Sequence record: NC_054935.2
Origin: Escherichia phage YUEEL01
Direction: 5' to 3' (one strand)
DNA: 64,000 nucleotides
The translations under genes were made by a program, and so were the position numbers. Below the pieces are notes generated by a model. That model was not told the origin of the DNA, did not search any database, and was given only the letters and a program-made list of their open reading frames with translations. This document shows positions 19,355 to 29,257 of the stretch, piece by piece (position 1 is the first letter of the stretch; each line of letters opens with the position of its first letter).

Positions 19355-19691
19355 AGATGATTTAGACTTAGATCTAGAAATTATCGATGAATCCCCCTCT
19401 TCGGAGGGGGAAGAAGAAAGAAAAGAACGTCTTTTTAATGAATCTCTTAAGATAATTAAATCTGCCATGGAAAATGTTATCCAGGAGATTGTCATTAAAC
19501 TAGAAGACGGTTCTACACACATTGTGTATGTGACAAAATTAGATTGGGTTGATGGAAAAGTCGTAATGGACTTTGCTGTTCTTGACCAAGAAAGAAAAGC
19601 TGAGTTAGCTCCTCATGTAGAAAAATGTATTACAATGCAACTACAAGATGCATTTAATAAAAGGTCAAAGAAAAAATTTAAATTCTTTTAA
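19347..19691 (+). CDS. 40: gp40 head vertex assembly chaperone
   Basis: ORF overlapping the uvsX 3' end; ATG at 19347 with GGAAG SD (track uses GTG at 19329); size and position fit T4 gene 40. Confidence 0.65.
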   Translation: MNKDDLDLDLEIIDESPSSEGEEERKERLFNESLKIIKSAMENVIQEIVIKLEDGSTHIVYVTKLDWVDGKVVMDFAVLDQERKAELAPHVEKCITMQLQDAFNKRSKKKFKFF

Positions 19692-19700
19692 GGAGTAAGT

Positions 19701-21128
19701 GTGGTAGAAATTATTCTTTCCCATCTCATATTTGATCAAGCTTATTTTTCAAAAGTTTGGCCATGTATGGATTCAGAATATTTTGAAAGTGGTCCAGCTA
19801 AAAATACATTCAAATTAATTAAATCTCATGTTAATGAGTACCATAGCGTTCCATCTATTAATGCGTTAAATGTTGCATTAGAAAATAGTTCATTTACTGA
19901 AACAGAATATTCTGGTGTAAAAACACTTATTTCGAAACTAGCCGATTCTCCAGAAGACCATAGCTGGTTAGTAAAAGAAACAGAAAAATATGTTCAGCAA
20001 AGGGCGATGTTTAATGCTACGTCTAAAATAATTGAAATTCAAACTAATGCTGAGCTTCCTCCGGAAAAACGAAATAAGAAAATGCCAGATGTAGGTGCTA
20101 TTCCTGACATCATGCGCCAAGCATTATCAATTTCATTTGATAGTTACGTTGGTCATGATTGGATGGATGACTACGAAGCACGTTGGCTATCTTATATGAA
20201 TAAAGCTCGTAAGGTTCCATTTAGACTCAAAATTCTAAATAAAATTACTAAAGGTGGAGCTGAAACTGGAACACTGAACGTTTTAATGGCTGGTGTTAAC
20301 GTCGGTAAGTCATTAGGTCTGTGTTCATTGGCAGCAGATTATTTGCAGCTCGGACATAATGTTCTTTACATTTCCATGGAAATGGCAGAAGAAGTCTGTG
20401 CTAAGCGTATTGATGCTAATATGCTTGATGTTTCTCTTGATGACATTGATGACGGGCATATTTCTTACGCTGAGTATAAAGGAAAAATGGAAAAATGGCG
20501 CGAGAAATCTACTCTCGGTCGTTTAATAGTTAAACAGTATCCTACTGGTGGAGCAGATGCTAATACATTTCGATCGCTTTTAAACGAATTAAAGCTCAAG
20601 AAGAATTTTGTTCCAACAATCATTATTGTCGACTATCTGGGTATTTGTAAATCTTGCCGCATTAGAGTTTACTCAGAAAATAGTTACACAACTGTTAAAG
20701 CCATTGCAGAGGAATTACGTGCTCTTGCTGTTGAAACCGAAACTGTTCTTTGGACTGCAGCACAGGTTGGTAAACAAGCTTGGGATTCTTCTGATGTTAA
20801 CATGAGCGATATTGCAGAATCTGCCGGTCTTCCAGCAACAGCTGATTTTATGCTTGCGGTCATTGAAACCGAGGAGCTAGCAGCTGCTGAACAACAACTC
20901 ATTAAGCAAATCAAATCACGATACGGTGATAAGAATAAATGGAATAAGTTTTTGATGGGTGTTCAAAAAGGAAATCAGAAATGGGTAGAAATTGAACAAG
21001 ATTCTACTCCAACTGAAGTGAACGAAGTAGCAGGTTCACAGCAAATTCAGGCTGAACAGAATCGCTATCAAAGAAACGAATCCGCTCGAGCTCAGTTAGA
21101 TGCTTTGGCAAATGAATTAAAATTTTAG
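19701..21128 (+). CDS. 41: gp41 replicative helicase (DnaB-like)
   Basis: 475 aa, GTG start after AGGAG, MVEIILSHLIFDQAYFSKVWP..., Walker A GVNVGKS; matches T4 gp41. Confidence 0.93.
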   Translation: MVEIILSHLIFDQAYFSKVWPCMDSEYFESGPAKNTFKLIKSHVNEYHSVPSINALNVALENSSFTETEYSGVKTLISKLADSPEDHSWLVKETEKYVQQRAMFNATSKIIEIQTNAELPPEKRNKKMPDVGAIPDIMRQALSISFDSYVGHDWMDDYEARWLSYMNKARKVPFRLKILNKITKGGAETGTLNVLMAGVNVGKSLGLCSLAADYLQLGHNVLYISMEMAEEVCAKRIDANMLDVSLDDIDDGHISYAEYKGKMEKWREKSTLGRLIVKQYPTGGADANTFRSLLNELKLKKNFVPTIIIVDYLGICKSCRIRVYSENSYTTVKAIAEELRALAVETETVLWTAAQVGKQAWDSSDVNMSDIAESAGLPATADFMLAVIETEELAAAEQQLIKQIKSRYGDKNKWNKFLMGVQKGNQKWVEIEQDSTPTEVNEVAGSQQIQAEQNRYQRNESARAQLDALANELKF

Positions 21129-21157
21129 TTTACAAGCTGACAAGACTATGGTATAGT
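21128..21157 (+). promoter_or_regulatory. T4-type early promoter upstream of dmd
   Basis: gtttac, 18 bp, tatagt; an 8-bp inverted repeat caagacta/tagtcttg (21141..21164) straddles the -10. Confidence 0.5.
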
Positions 21158-21186
21158 AGTCTTGTTGGTTAAATGAGGAGATTGTT

Positions 21187-21369
21187 ATGGAATTGGTAAA
21201 GGTAGTTTTTATGGGGTGGTTTAAGAACGAAAGCATGTTTACTAAAGAGATCACAATGATGAAAGATGACGTTCAATGGGCTACTACTCAATATGCTGAA
21301 GTTAATAAAGCACTAGTTAAAGCTTTCATTGATGACAAGAAGGTATGTGAAGTGGATTGCCGAGGATAA
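21187..21369 (+). CDS. dmd: Dmd, antitoxin against RnlA/LsoA-type toxins
   Basis: 60 aa MELVKVVFMGWFKNESMFTKEITMMKDDVQWATTQYAEVNKALVKAFIDDKKVCEVDCRG, recognised as T4 Dmd. Confidence 0.85.
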   Translation: MELVKVVFMGWFKNESMFTKEITMMKDDVQWATTQYAEVNKALVKAFIDDKKVCEVDCRG

Positions 21370-21370
21370 T

Positions 21371-21628
21371 ATGCATATCGTTTTATTTAAACCTACTCCG
21401 TATAATGTCAGGAAAAATACTCAATTCAAAGCACTTATTGCAGATACGTGGGAATTAGTATTAGATATTCCGGCAGAAGAAAGCCCTCCATTTGGTCGAG
21501 TGGAATTTATTAAGTTTGCTGTGCGCCCTACAAAGCGACAGATTCGTCAATGCAAAAGATACTTTCGTAAAATCGCCAAGTTAGAGAAACAGTTTGTAAC
21601 ATGTGATTATGCAGAAGTTTTAAAATAA
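21371..21628 (+). CDS. hypothetical protein (T4 61.4 position; possibly a TifA-like ToxN inhibitor)
   Basis: 85-aa ORF directly after dmd; functional guess rests only on position and on uncertain memory of the T4 literature. Confidence 0.4.
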   Translation: MHIVLFKPTPYNVRKNTQFKALIADTWELVLDIPAEESPPFGRVEFIKFAVRPTKRQIRQCKRYFRKIAKLEKQFVTCDYAEVLK

Positions 21629-21688
21629 CTGTTTACTTTTATTGGAAATTGAGATACTATATAAACATAAACTACTGAGGAGATTATC

Positions 21689-21982
21689 ATGAAAAAATTT
21701 ATCTTTGCTGCAATTTTTGCTTTATCTTCTTGCGCTGCTCAGCCTGCTATGGCGGGTTATGACAAAGATTTGTGCGAATGGTCTATGACTGCAGATCAGA
21801 CTGAAGTTGAAATTCAAATTGAAGCGGATATTATGAATATCGTTGAACGTGATCGTCCTGAAATGAAAGCTGAAGTGCAAAAACAACTTAAATCTGGTGG
21901 TGTAATGCAGTATAATTATGTTCTGTATTGCGATAAAAACTTTAATAATAAAAATATCATCGCTGAAGTGGTAGGTGAGTAA
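21689..21982 (+). CDS. sp: Spackle-like periplasmic protein (superinfection exclusion / lysozyme inhibitor)
   Basis: 97 aa with cleavable signal peptide MKKFIFAAIFALSSCAAQPAMA; size and position match T4 sp. Confidence 0.65.
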   Translation: MKKFIFAAIFALSSCAAQPAMAGYDKDLCEWSMTADQTEVEIQIEADIMNIVERDRPEMKAEVQKQLKSGGVMQYNYVLYCDKNFNNKNIIAEVVGE

Positions 21983-21994
21983 TTAGAGGTTAGT

Positions 21995-22351
21995 ATGTAT
22001 AGTTCTGAATTTTCATATTTAAAAATGGAAAAAATTTCATACGATTTTATAGATGAAAAGGTTTATTACAGTTTCCATGAACCACGTTTTAATAGTGAGG
22101 TTGGGTTTATTGTAGTAAAAGACAATTTTATTTTAAAAATATATTCAGCATTAAAGGATTTTCATTACGAAAATATTAACCTAAAATTTAATAAAGAAAA
22201 CGTTCGTAATTGTGCAGTAACAATTACAGGAAATAAAGGCACATGTGTTATGCTATCTGATGAAATTAATGATTTGCTAAATGATGCCGAAAAGGTTGCT
22301 ATTCCATCTATTGATGACCAAATTTTTAATGCTTTTATGAATAGAGGTTAA
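21995..22351 (+). CDS. hypothetical protein (T4 61.2 position; possible anti-DarTG AdfA-like factor)
   Basis: 118-aa ORF; functional suggestion is positional only. Confidence 0.4.
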   Translation: MYSSEFSYLKMEKISYDFIDEKVYYSFHEPRFNSEVGFIVVKDNFILKIYSALKDFHYENINLKFNKENVRNCAVTITGNKGTCVMLSDEINDLLNDAEKVAIPSIDDQIFNAFMNRG

Positions 22352-22352
22352 T

Positions 22353-22517
22353 ATGAAAACATATAAAGAATTTATTAAAGAAGATATGGTTGCTGGAGAT
22401 TCAGGTGGTAATCCTGAAAATATCTCTACTGGAACAACATCAGGTGCTGTAGTAAATAAAGGTCCTGAACAGATTCCTAAAAAGAAAAAAGAGGAATCTA
22501 AAGAAAAAGAAGAGTAA
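22353..22517 (+). CDS. hypothetical small acidic/lysine-rich protein
   Basis: 54-aa ORF read by eye, MKTYKEFIKEDMVAGDSGGNPENI... Confidence 0.35.
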   Translation: MKTYKEFIKEDMVAGDSGGNPENISTGTTSGAVVNKGPEQIPKKKKEESKEKEE

Positions 22518-22520
22518 AGA

Positions 22521-23549
22521 ATGTCATCAATAGCTTGGATTGATAATGAGTTTGCATATCGTGCATTAGCTCATTTACCTAAATTCACACAAGTAAATAA
22601 TAGTTCAACTTTTAAATTACGGTTTAGATGCCCAGTTTGTGGAGATTCAAAAACCGACCAAAATAAAGCGCGTGGATGGTATTATGGTGATAATAATGAA
22701 GGAAATATTCATTGTTATAACTGTAACTATCATGCGCCAATCGGAATATATTTAAAGGAGTTTGAACCTGATTTATATCGTGAGTATATCTTTGAAATAA
22801 GAAAAGAAAAAGGTAAAAGTCGTCCAGTAGAAAAACCTAAAGAACTTCCTAAACATCCTGAGAAGAAAATAATTAAATCTCTTCCGTCATGTGTTAGATT
22901 AGATAAACTGGCGGAAGACCATCCAATTATAAAATATGTAAAAGCTCGTTGTATTCCAAAGGATAAATGGAAATATCTTTGGTTTACAACCGAATGGCCT
23001 AAATTAGTTAATAGTATAGCTCCAGGAACATATAAAAAGGAAACACCTGAGCCTCGTCTTGTTATTCCAATTTATAATGCTAACGGAAAAGCTGAGTCTT
23101 TTCAAGGACGTGCATTAAAGAAAGATGCTCCTCAAAAATATATCACCATCAAAGCTTATCCTGAGGCAACAAAAATATATGGAGTCGAACGAGTTAAAGA
23201 TGGTGATGTATATGTTCTAGAAGGACCTATAGATTCACTTTTTATTGAAAATGGTATAGCTATTACGGGTGGTCAATTAGACCTAGAAGTTGTTCCATTT
23301 AAAGATAGACGAGTGTGGGTTTTAGATAATGAACCTCGTCACCCTGACACTATCAAGCGAATGACTAAATTAGTTGATGCAGGAGAAAGGGTTATGTTTT
23401 GGGATAAATCTCCCTGGAAATCAAAAGATGTTAATGATATGATTAGAAAGGAAGGTGCAACCCCTGAACAAATTATGGAATATATGAAAAATAATATTGC
23501 CCAGGGGTTAATGGCTAAAATGCGGTTATCTAAATATGCCAAGATTTAA
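22521..23549 (+). CDS. 61: gp61 DNA primase
   Basis: 342 aa; N-terminal zinc ribbon CPVCGDSK...HCYNCNYH and TOPRIM-like EGPIDSLF; matches T4 gp61. Confidence 0.9.
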   Translation: MSSIAWIDNEFAYRALAHLPKFTQVNNSSTFKLRFRCPVCGDSKTDQNKARGWYYGDNNEGNIHCYNCNYHAPIGIYLKEFEPDLYREYIFEIRKEKGKSRPVEKPKELPKHPEKKIIKSLPSCVRLDKLAEDHPIIKYVKARCIPKDKWKYLWFTTEWPKLVNSIAPGTYKKETPEPRLVIPIYNANGKAESFQGRALKKDAPQKYITIKAYPEATKIYGVERVKDGDVYVLEGPIDSLFIENGIAITGGQLDLEVVPFKDRRVWVLDNEPRHPDTIKRMTKLVDAGERVMFWDKSPWKSKDVNDMIRKEGATPEQIMEYMKNNIAQGLMAKMRLSKYAKI

Positions 23550-23746
23550 ATTAACCCAACTAAAGCAAATGCTAGATCTACGAATGTATCAAGAGTAACT
23601 ACTGGAATATTAACACCATGCGCAATTGCAATTGGTGATAAAATAAAGTTCCAGAGTAAAATTCCTACCATAGCAGAAATAGTAAAAGCTATACGTTTTT
23701 TATTACCTTTTATGGCATTAACAAGTGCCATTAATTTTTGTGCCAT
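23546..23746 (-). CDS. small membrane protein encoded on the opposite strand
   Basis: 66 aa with hydrophobic segments; AAGGAGG SD 4 nt before the ATG; divergent from the downstream nuclease-like gene. Confidence 0.45.
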   Translation of the reverse strand: MAQKLMALVNAIKGNKKRIAFTISAMVGILLWNFILSPIAIAHGVNIPVVTLDTFVDLAFALVGLI

Positions 23747-23790
23747 ATGTCCTCCTTTAAATTAATATTTATCACAAATTTCATAAATTT

Positions 23791-23820
23791 GTTTACTTTC
23801 TCAGCTTGTTATGGTATTAT
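23791..23820 (+). promoter_or_regulatory. T4-type early promoter upstream of the nuclease-like ORF
   Basis: gtttac, 18 bp, tattat (atggtattataaaat). Confidence 0.5.
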
Positions 23821-23845
23821 AAAATAAATTGCTGAGGATGATATA

Positions 23846-25185
<1,340 letters not shown>

Positions 25186-25245
25186 TTGCTTACATACTCA
25201 AATGATATAATTATTTAACTTATTAATGAATTGAAAGGAAAAATA

Positions 25246-25764
25246 ATGGCTTACTTTAACGAATGTAGTCAACTGATCGAAGGCGCTGATAAAGCTCAAA
25301 ATGAATATTGGGATATTCTCGGTGATGAAAAAGACCCGCTGCAGGTTATGCTTGATATGCAGAAATCTCTACAGGTTCGTTTAGCTAAAGATAAACCTGA
25401 ATATAACCGTCATCCTGATGATTTGGCTACTGCGGGTGAAGTTGTTGATTGGCTGCGTAATCAGAAAGATTATATTGATGATGAATTCCGCGAACTATTG
25501 ACTTCTCTTGGTGGTATGAGCAATGGTGAAAAAGATGCATCTGCTGTATGGAAGCCTTGGAAAGCTCAACATGGTGAACGACGTGAAACTCTGATTACTG
25601 ATTTGTCTCCACAAGACCAGTTGGAAATTAAATTCGAAATGATTGATATTCTTCATTTCGTTCTGAACATGTTCCAAGGTCTCGGTCTTACGGCTGAAGA
25701 AATCTTTAAACTTTATTATCTGAAAAATGCTGAAAATTTCGCTCGTCAAGACCGAGGTTATTAA
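25246..25764 (+). CDS. 56: gp56 dCTPase/dUTPase (MazG-like)
   Basis: MAYFNECSQLIEGADKAQNEYWDILGDEKDPLQVMLDMQK... matches T4 gp56; ATG at 25246 after GAAAGGAAAAATA. Confidence 0.88.
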   Translation: MAYFNECSQLIEGADKAQNEYWDILGDEKDPLQVMLDMQKSLQVRLAKDKPEYNRHPDDLATAGEVVDWLRNQKDYIDDEFRELLTSLGGMSNGEKDASAVWKPWKAQHGERRETLITDLSPQDQLEIKFEMIDILHFVLNMFQGLGLTAEEIFKLYYLKNAENFARQDRGY

Positions 25765-25964
25765 TGGCTCGTTTAAATAAACGTCAACTTAAGAAAGCCC
25801 ACAAGAAACGTATTGACCAGCTATTTAAAAATTATGACAAGGAGCTCACATACGAGCTCCTATCTAATCAGCTCCACAAAGCTTACACAATTAAAACTGG
25901 ACATATACAATTAGGTAAGGTGCATGAAGAAGCCTTAAAATTAATTATAGAGCATTCAAAATGA
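25764..25964 (+). CDS. hypothetical basic protein (soc.2-like position)
   Basis: 66-aa ORF whose ATG overlaps the gene 56 stop. Confidence 0.4.
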   Translation: MARLNKRQLKKAHKKRIDQLFKNYDKELTYELLSNQLHKAYTIKTGHIQLGKVHEEALKLIIEHSK

Positions 25965-26170
25965 AATTTGATTTTTATGCATGGCAAAAAGCCGGGAGAC
26001 CGGCTAGTTGAGCATTTGGTTCTGATGGATATAATATTAGAGCTCATTGGAAGTTTAATGCTCCAGACGATTATTCTCCGGTAGTTATTAACGGTGATGT
26101 TGTTATATTAACTAAAATTGGGTATTTTAACGTTCCGCAAGAATTTATTATAAATAATCATGTAATTTAA
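25961..26170 (+). pseudogene. small ORF interrupted by an in-frame TGA at codon 17 (soc.1-like position)
   Basis: ATG at 25961, TGA at 26009..26011, same frame stays open for 52 more codons to TAA at 26168..26170; no start codon after the TGA. Confidence 0.45.
26149..26156 (+). promoter_or_regulatory. late promoter (TATAAATA) for soc
   Basis: Exact TATAAATA about 30 nt upstream of the soc ATG. Confidence 0.55.
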
Positions 26171-26186
26171 ATAAAAGGAGAATTAC

Positions 26187-26432
26187 ATGGCTAGTACTCG
26201 CGGTTATGTTAATATCAAAACGTTTGAGCAGAAATTAGATGGAAATAAGAAAATTGAAGGAAAGGAAATTTCTGTAGCTTTCCCTCTTTATTCTGACGTT
26301 CACAAAATTTCTGGCGCTCATTACCAGACATTCCCTTCAGAAAAAGCAGCATATTCTACAGTATATGAAGAAAATCAACGTACTGAATGGATTACTGCAA
26401 ACGAAGATTTGTGGAAAGTAACTGGTGAATAA
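26187..26432 (+). CDS. soc: Soc, small outer capsid protein
   Basis: 81 aa MASTRGYVNIKTFEQKLDGNKKIEGKEISVAFPLYSDVHKISGAHYQTFPSEKAAYSTVYEENQRTEWITANEDLWKVTGE. Confidence 0.9.
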   Translation: MASTRGYVNIKTFEQKLDGNKKIEGKEISVAFPLYSDVHKISGAHYQTFPSEKAAYSTVYEENQRTEWITANEDLWKVTGE

Positions 26433-26438
26433 ATTCAA

Positions 26439-26462
26439 GGACTCCTTCGGGAGTCCTTTTTT
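26439..26462 (+). terminator. intrinsic terminator (GGACUCC-UUCG-GGAGUCC plus U6)
   Basis: ggactccttcgggagtcctttttt. Confidence 0.7.
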
Positions 26463-26472
26463 CGTTTAAACA

Positions 26473-26502
26473 GTTTACTTTCCAAAATGAGTATGGTATA
26501 AT
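26473..26502 (+). promoter_or_regulatory. T4-type early promoter
   Basis: gtttac, 18 bp, tataat (gtatggtataat). Confidence 0.55.
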
Positions 26503-26528
26503 AGAATTATCTTATAGAGGAGAGCACT

Positions 26529-26741
26529 ATGTTAAATCGTTGGATTAAACCAAATGAAGACCTCCAGAAGGTTCTTGATAAAGCTATCTCTGATAAATGG
26601 GGTATGAAAAGCTGGGATTGTGATATCGTCACGCATTCATTCATGATGCATGCAGATGGTTCAGTCGAGTTCAATGCTGAAATGCGATACACTGATTGGG
26701 GTGGATTTCAAAGAGTCGAATTTCAAAGAGGCTTTTTGTAA
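26529..26741 (+). CDS. hypothetical protein
   Basis: 70-aa ORF with GAGGAGAG SD. Confidence 0.4.
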   Translation: MLNRWIKPNEDLQKVLDKAISDKWGMKSWDCDIVTHSFMMHADGSVEFNAEMRYTDWGGFQRVEFQRGFL

Positions 26742-27079
26742 TGTTTATCTTTAATTGGTTTAAAAGTTTCTTTACGGATTTTTTCTCTACAACTCCCGGA
26801 GAAGGTGTAGTTCCTATTTCAAATGACTACCTTCCTTTAACTGTAGTTGAATATGTTTATATGGGAGATGGAACAGTAGAAGCAGTTACTATGACTTATG
26901 AAGAAGCCCAGGAATATTATAAAAATCCTTGGCGTTGGTCAACACCTACATCATCTAATACGCAGAATACACAGTCTAGTTCTGATTCATATGATACTAA
27001 TGTTCCTGTTCATGTGTGGACGGGCGATTCATGTGGAAGTTCTTGTGATTCTAGTTGTTCATCTACATCTTGTGATTGA
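26741..27079 (+). CDS. hypothetical protein with N-terminal hydrophobic segment and Cys/Ser-rich C-terminal tail
   Basis: Internal ATG at 26741 overlapping the upstream stop; C-terminus [18 protein letters not shown]. Confidence 0.4.
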   Translation: MFIFNWFKSFFTDFFSTTPGEGVVPISNDYLPLTVVEYVYMGDGTVEAVTMTYEEAQEYYKNPWRWSTPTSSNTQNTQSSSDSYDTNVPVHVWTGDSCGSSCDSSCSSTSCD

Positions 27080-27087
27080 GGAAAATT

Positions 27088-27573
27088 ATGGAAGCGATTT
27101 TGTTTGAAATGTATATTAGCAGTAATAGTTTGTCATTTGCTAAAGATGTTCCAATTACTGTAGCAGTAATGATTGATAAGGGTTATTGTGACCCAATGTA
27201 TCTCGTAGAAAATTTCGTTTCAATGCCAGTTCCAGAAGATGCTGAAATAAAACTTAAAAAGATTGGTATTATTGAAACTGTACCAAATATTCCGTTTAGA
27301 GCAATTGAAGCATTTACTAAATCCGAATACATTAATGTTAGCGCAGAACAATATAATGATAAACCTTTATCTTTCTATTCGTATGATTCATTATATAGTT
27401 GGAAAATAGATAAAGGAAACAAATTTATAATTGCGGGTGAAGATGCGTTATCATACTTTATTTCTTCTGTATGGAATAGTTTACATCCAAATTTGCTCAA
27501 AATTCATGAATTTGATGATGCTCCTACTGTTGTTTTAGGTAAAACAAATGAAAGCTCTGAAGAAGATGCTTGA
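27088..27573 (+). CDS. hypothetical protein (size and position of T4 mrh)
   Basis: 161-aa ORF from ATG at 27088 after GAGGAAAATT; identification positional only. Confidence 0.4.
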   Translation: MEAILFEMYISSNSLSFAKDVPITVAVMIDKGYCDPMYLVENFVSMPVPEDAEIKLKKIGIIETVPNIPFRAIEAFTKSEYINVSAEQYNDKPLSFYSYDSLYSWKIDKGNKFIIAGEDALSYFISSVWNSLHPNLLKIHEFDDAPTVVLGKTNESSEEDA

Positions 27574-27751
27574 ATGGTTCAATAGACCAAACTCGATGTA
27601 TATTGATGATGGTTGGGTTGAACAAGCAAATAAAGAAATGCAGAACGAATCAGAAGAATGGATGAAATCAATGATTAGTGCTGAGAAAGAAAAGAAATTA
27701 GAACGCTCAGCGCTTAAATTGATGAGAGATATCTATGGGGATAAATCATGA
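27566..27751 (+). CDS. hypothetical protein
   Basis: Internal start of track ORF 27548..27751. Confidence 0.3.
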   Translation: MLEWFNRPNSMYIDDGWVEQANKEMQNESEEWMKSMISAEKEKKLERSALKLMRDIYGDKS

Positions 27752-27912
27752 ACAGAGATATGACGCTAGAAGAGGCCAAGGCTAAAGCAAATGAAGCACT
27801 GGATTTGCTTCTTAAAATTGGCAGTAAAATGATGGAAGAAAATGAGAAATATATCCAGGAAAACAAAATTCCTGACGGCCCATTAGTAGGCAAAAGGAAA
27901 TCACATGATTGA
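27748..27912 (+). CDS. hypothetical small protein
   Basis: 54-aa ORF read by eye, [25 protein letters not shown]... Confidence 0.3.
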   Translation: MNRDMTLEEAKAKANEALDLLLKIGSKMMEENEKYIQENKIPDGPLVGKRKSHD

Positions 27913-28375
27913 AGTAGCAAAACATTATTCAATAGAATTTATGTCTAAAGAAGGTAAATCAGTAAATGCACTTGATAAAAAATGCTCATTAATTATTCCT
28001 TTAGCAGAAAATCCGGATCTTTTAATTAAAGATATAAAAGAAAGAAAATATCCAGAAAATGTTATTCTAATTATAAAGCATACTGAAGATATTTTACAGA
28101 ATACTGATTCACCGTTTTCTTCTTCTGAAGCTTTAACTATTAAAGGCTATAAAAGAGCTCATGAATATGGTCTTTTTGCCCTGTTTGAAGACGATAAAGT
28201 TAAATTAGCGAGTCAACCTTCTAAAAGTAAAACATTCATTATTGAAGATATTAAAGATATAAATGCATTTGTTAAGATGGTCTGGGCTCATTTTGATGTT
28301 GGACTACGCTGGAGAATATCTGAAGAAGAAAGAAAGATTATTGAAGCTAATCGTTATTTTGGTTTTTATCGCTAG
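27905..28375 (+). CDS. hypothetical protein
   Basis: 156-aa ORF. Confidence 0.45.
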   Translation: MIEVAKHYSIEFMSKEGKSVNALDKKCSLIIPLAENPDLLIKDIKERKYPENVILIIKHTEDILQNTDSPFSSSEALTIKGYKRAHEYGLFALFEDDKVKLASQPSKSKTFIIEDIKDINAFVKMVWAHFDVGLRWRISEEERKIIEANRYFGFYR

Positions 28376-28383
28376 GAATTAAT

Positions 28384-28566
28384 ATGGATTTATTTGAGAT
28401 GTTAGAAGATAATCATTCTACGAATATCCAGAATGATTCTAGTGATTATAAGAAAGAGTACCGTATAGTATTACAGAATTATGGAATTGAAGCCCCAGAT
28501 GCTCTTCTAGAAGAACTAGCTTCATACCATCTTGACCCTCCGCCTTGGGCTCCCTGGGCAAAATAA
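28384..28566 (+). CDS. hypothetical small acidic protein
   Basis: 60-aa ORF. Confidence 0.35.
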   Translation: MDLFEMLEDNHSTNIQNDSSDYKKEYRIVLQNYGIEAPDALLEELASYHLDPPPWAPWAK

Positions 28567-28578
28567 TTCAAAAAGTTG

Positions 28579-28608
28579 TTTACTTTCCTTCCTAACAATG
28601 ATATGATA
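28579..28608 (+). promoter_or_regulatory. T4-type early promoter
   Basis: gtttac, 18 bp, tatgat. Confidence 0.5.
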
Positions 28609-28621
28609 GCTTCTGAAGTAT

Positions 28622-29257
28622 ATGGAGGCTATCATGATTATTAATCTCGCAGATGTTGAACAGTTATCTATAAAAGCTGAAAGTGTTGATTTTCAATATG
28701 ATATGTACAAAAAGGTCTGTGAAAAATTTACTGACTTTGAACAGTCAGTTCTTTGGCAGTGTATGGAAGCCAAAAAGAATGAAGCTCTTCATCGGCAGTT
28801 GAATAAAATCGTTAAAAAGCATTTAACTAAATCGCCTTATCAGCTATATCGTGGTATATCAAAATCGACAAAAGAACTCATTAAAGATTTACAAGTCGGA
28901 GAAGTGTTTTCAACGAACAGAGTAGATTCATTTACTACTAGTTTGCACACAGCATGTGGTTTTTCTTATGTTGAGTATTTCACTGAAATAATATTTCGCT
29001 TAAAAACTGATAAAGCTTTTAATTATTCTGACCATATCAGCGATATTATACTTTCTTCTCCTAATACTGAATTTAAGTATACATATGAAGATACTGATGG
29101 ATTAGATTCAGAACGTACTGATAACTTAATGATGATTGTACGTGAACAAGAATGGATGATTCCAATTGGAAAGTATAAAATAACTTCTATTTCAAAAGAA
29201 AAATTACACGATTCATTTGGAACATTTAAAGTGTATGATATTGAGGTAGTTGAATGA
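28622..29257 (+). CDS. modB: ModB ADP-ribosyltransferase
   Basis: 211-aa ORF paralogous to the following ModA ORF; R-S-E type ADP-ribosyltransferase position; matches T4 ModB by size and order. Confidence 0.75.
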   Translation: MEAIMIINLADVEQLSIKAESVDFQYDMYKKVCEKFTDFEQSVLWQCMEAKKNEALHRQLNKIVKKHLTKSPYQLYRGISKSTKELIKDLQVGEVFSTNRVDSFTTSLHTACGFSYVEYFTEIIFRLKTDKAFNYSDHISDIILSSPNTEFKYTYEDTDGLDSERTDNLMMIVREQEWMIPIGKYKITSISKEKLHDSFGTFKVYDIEVVE

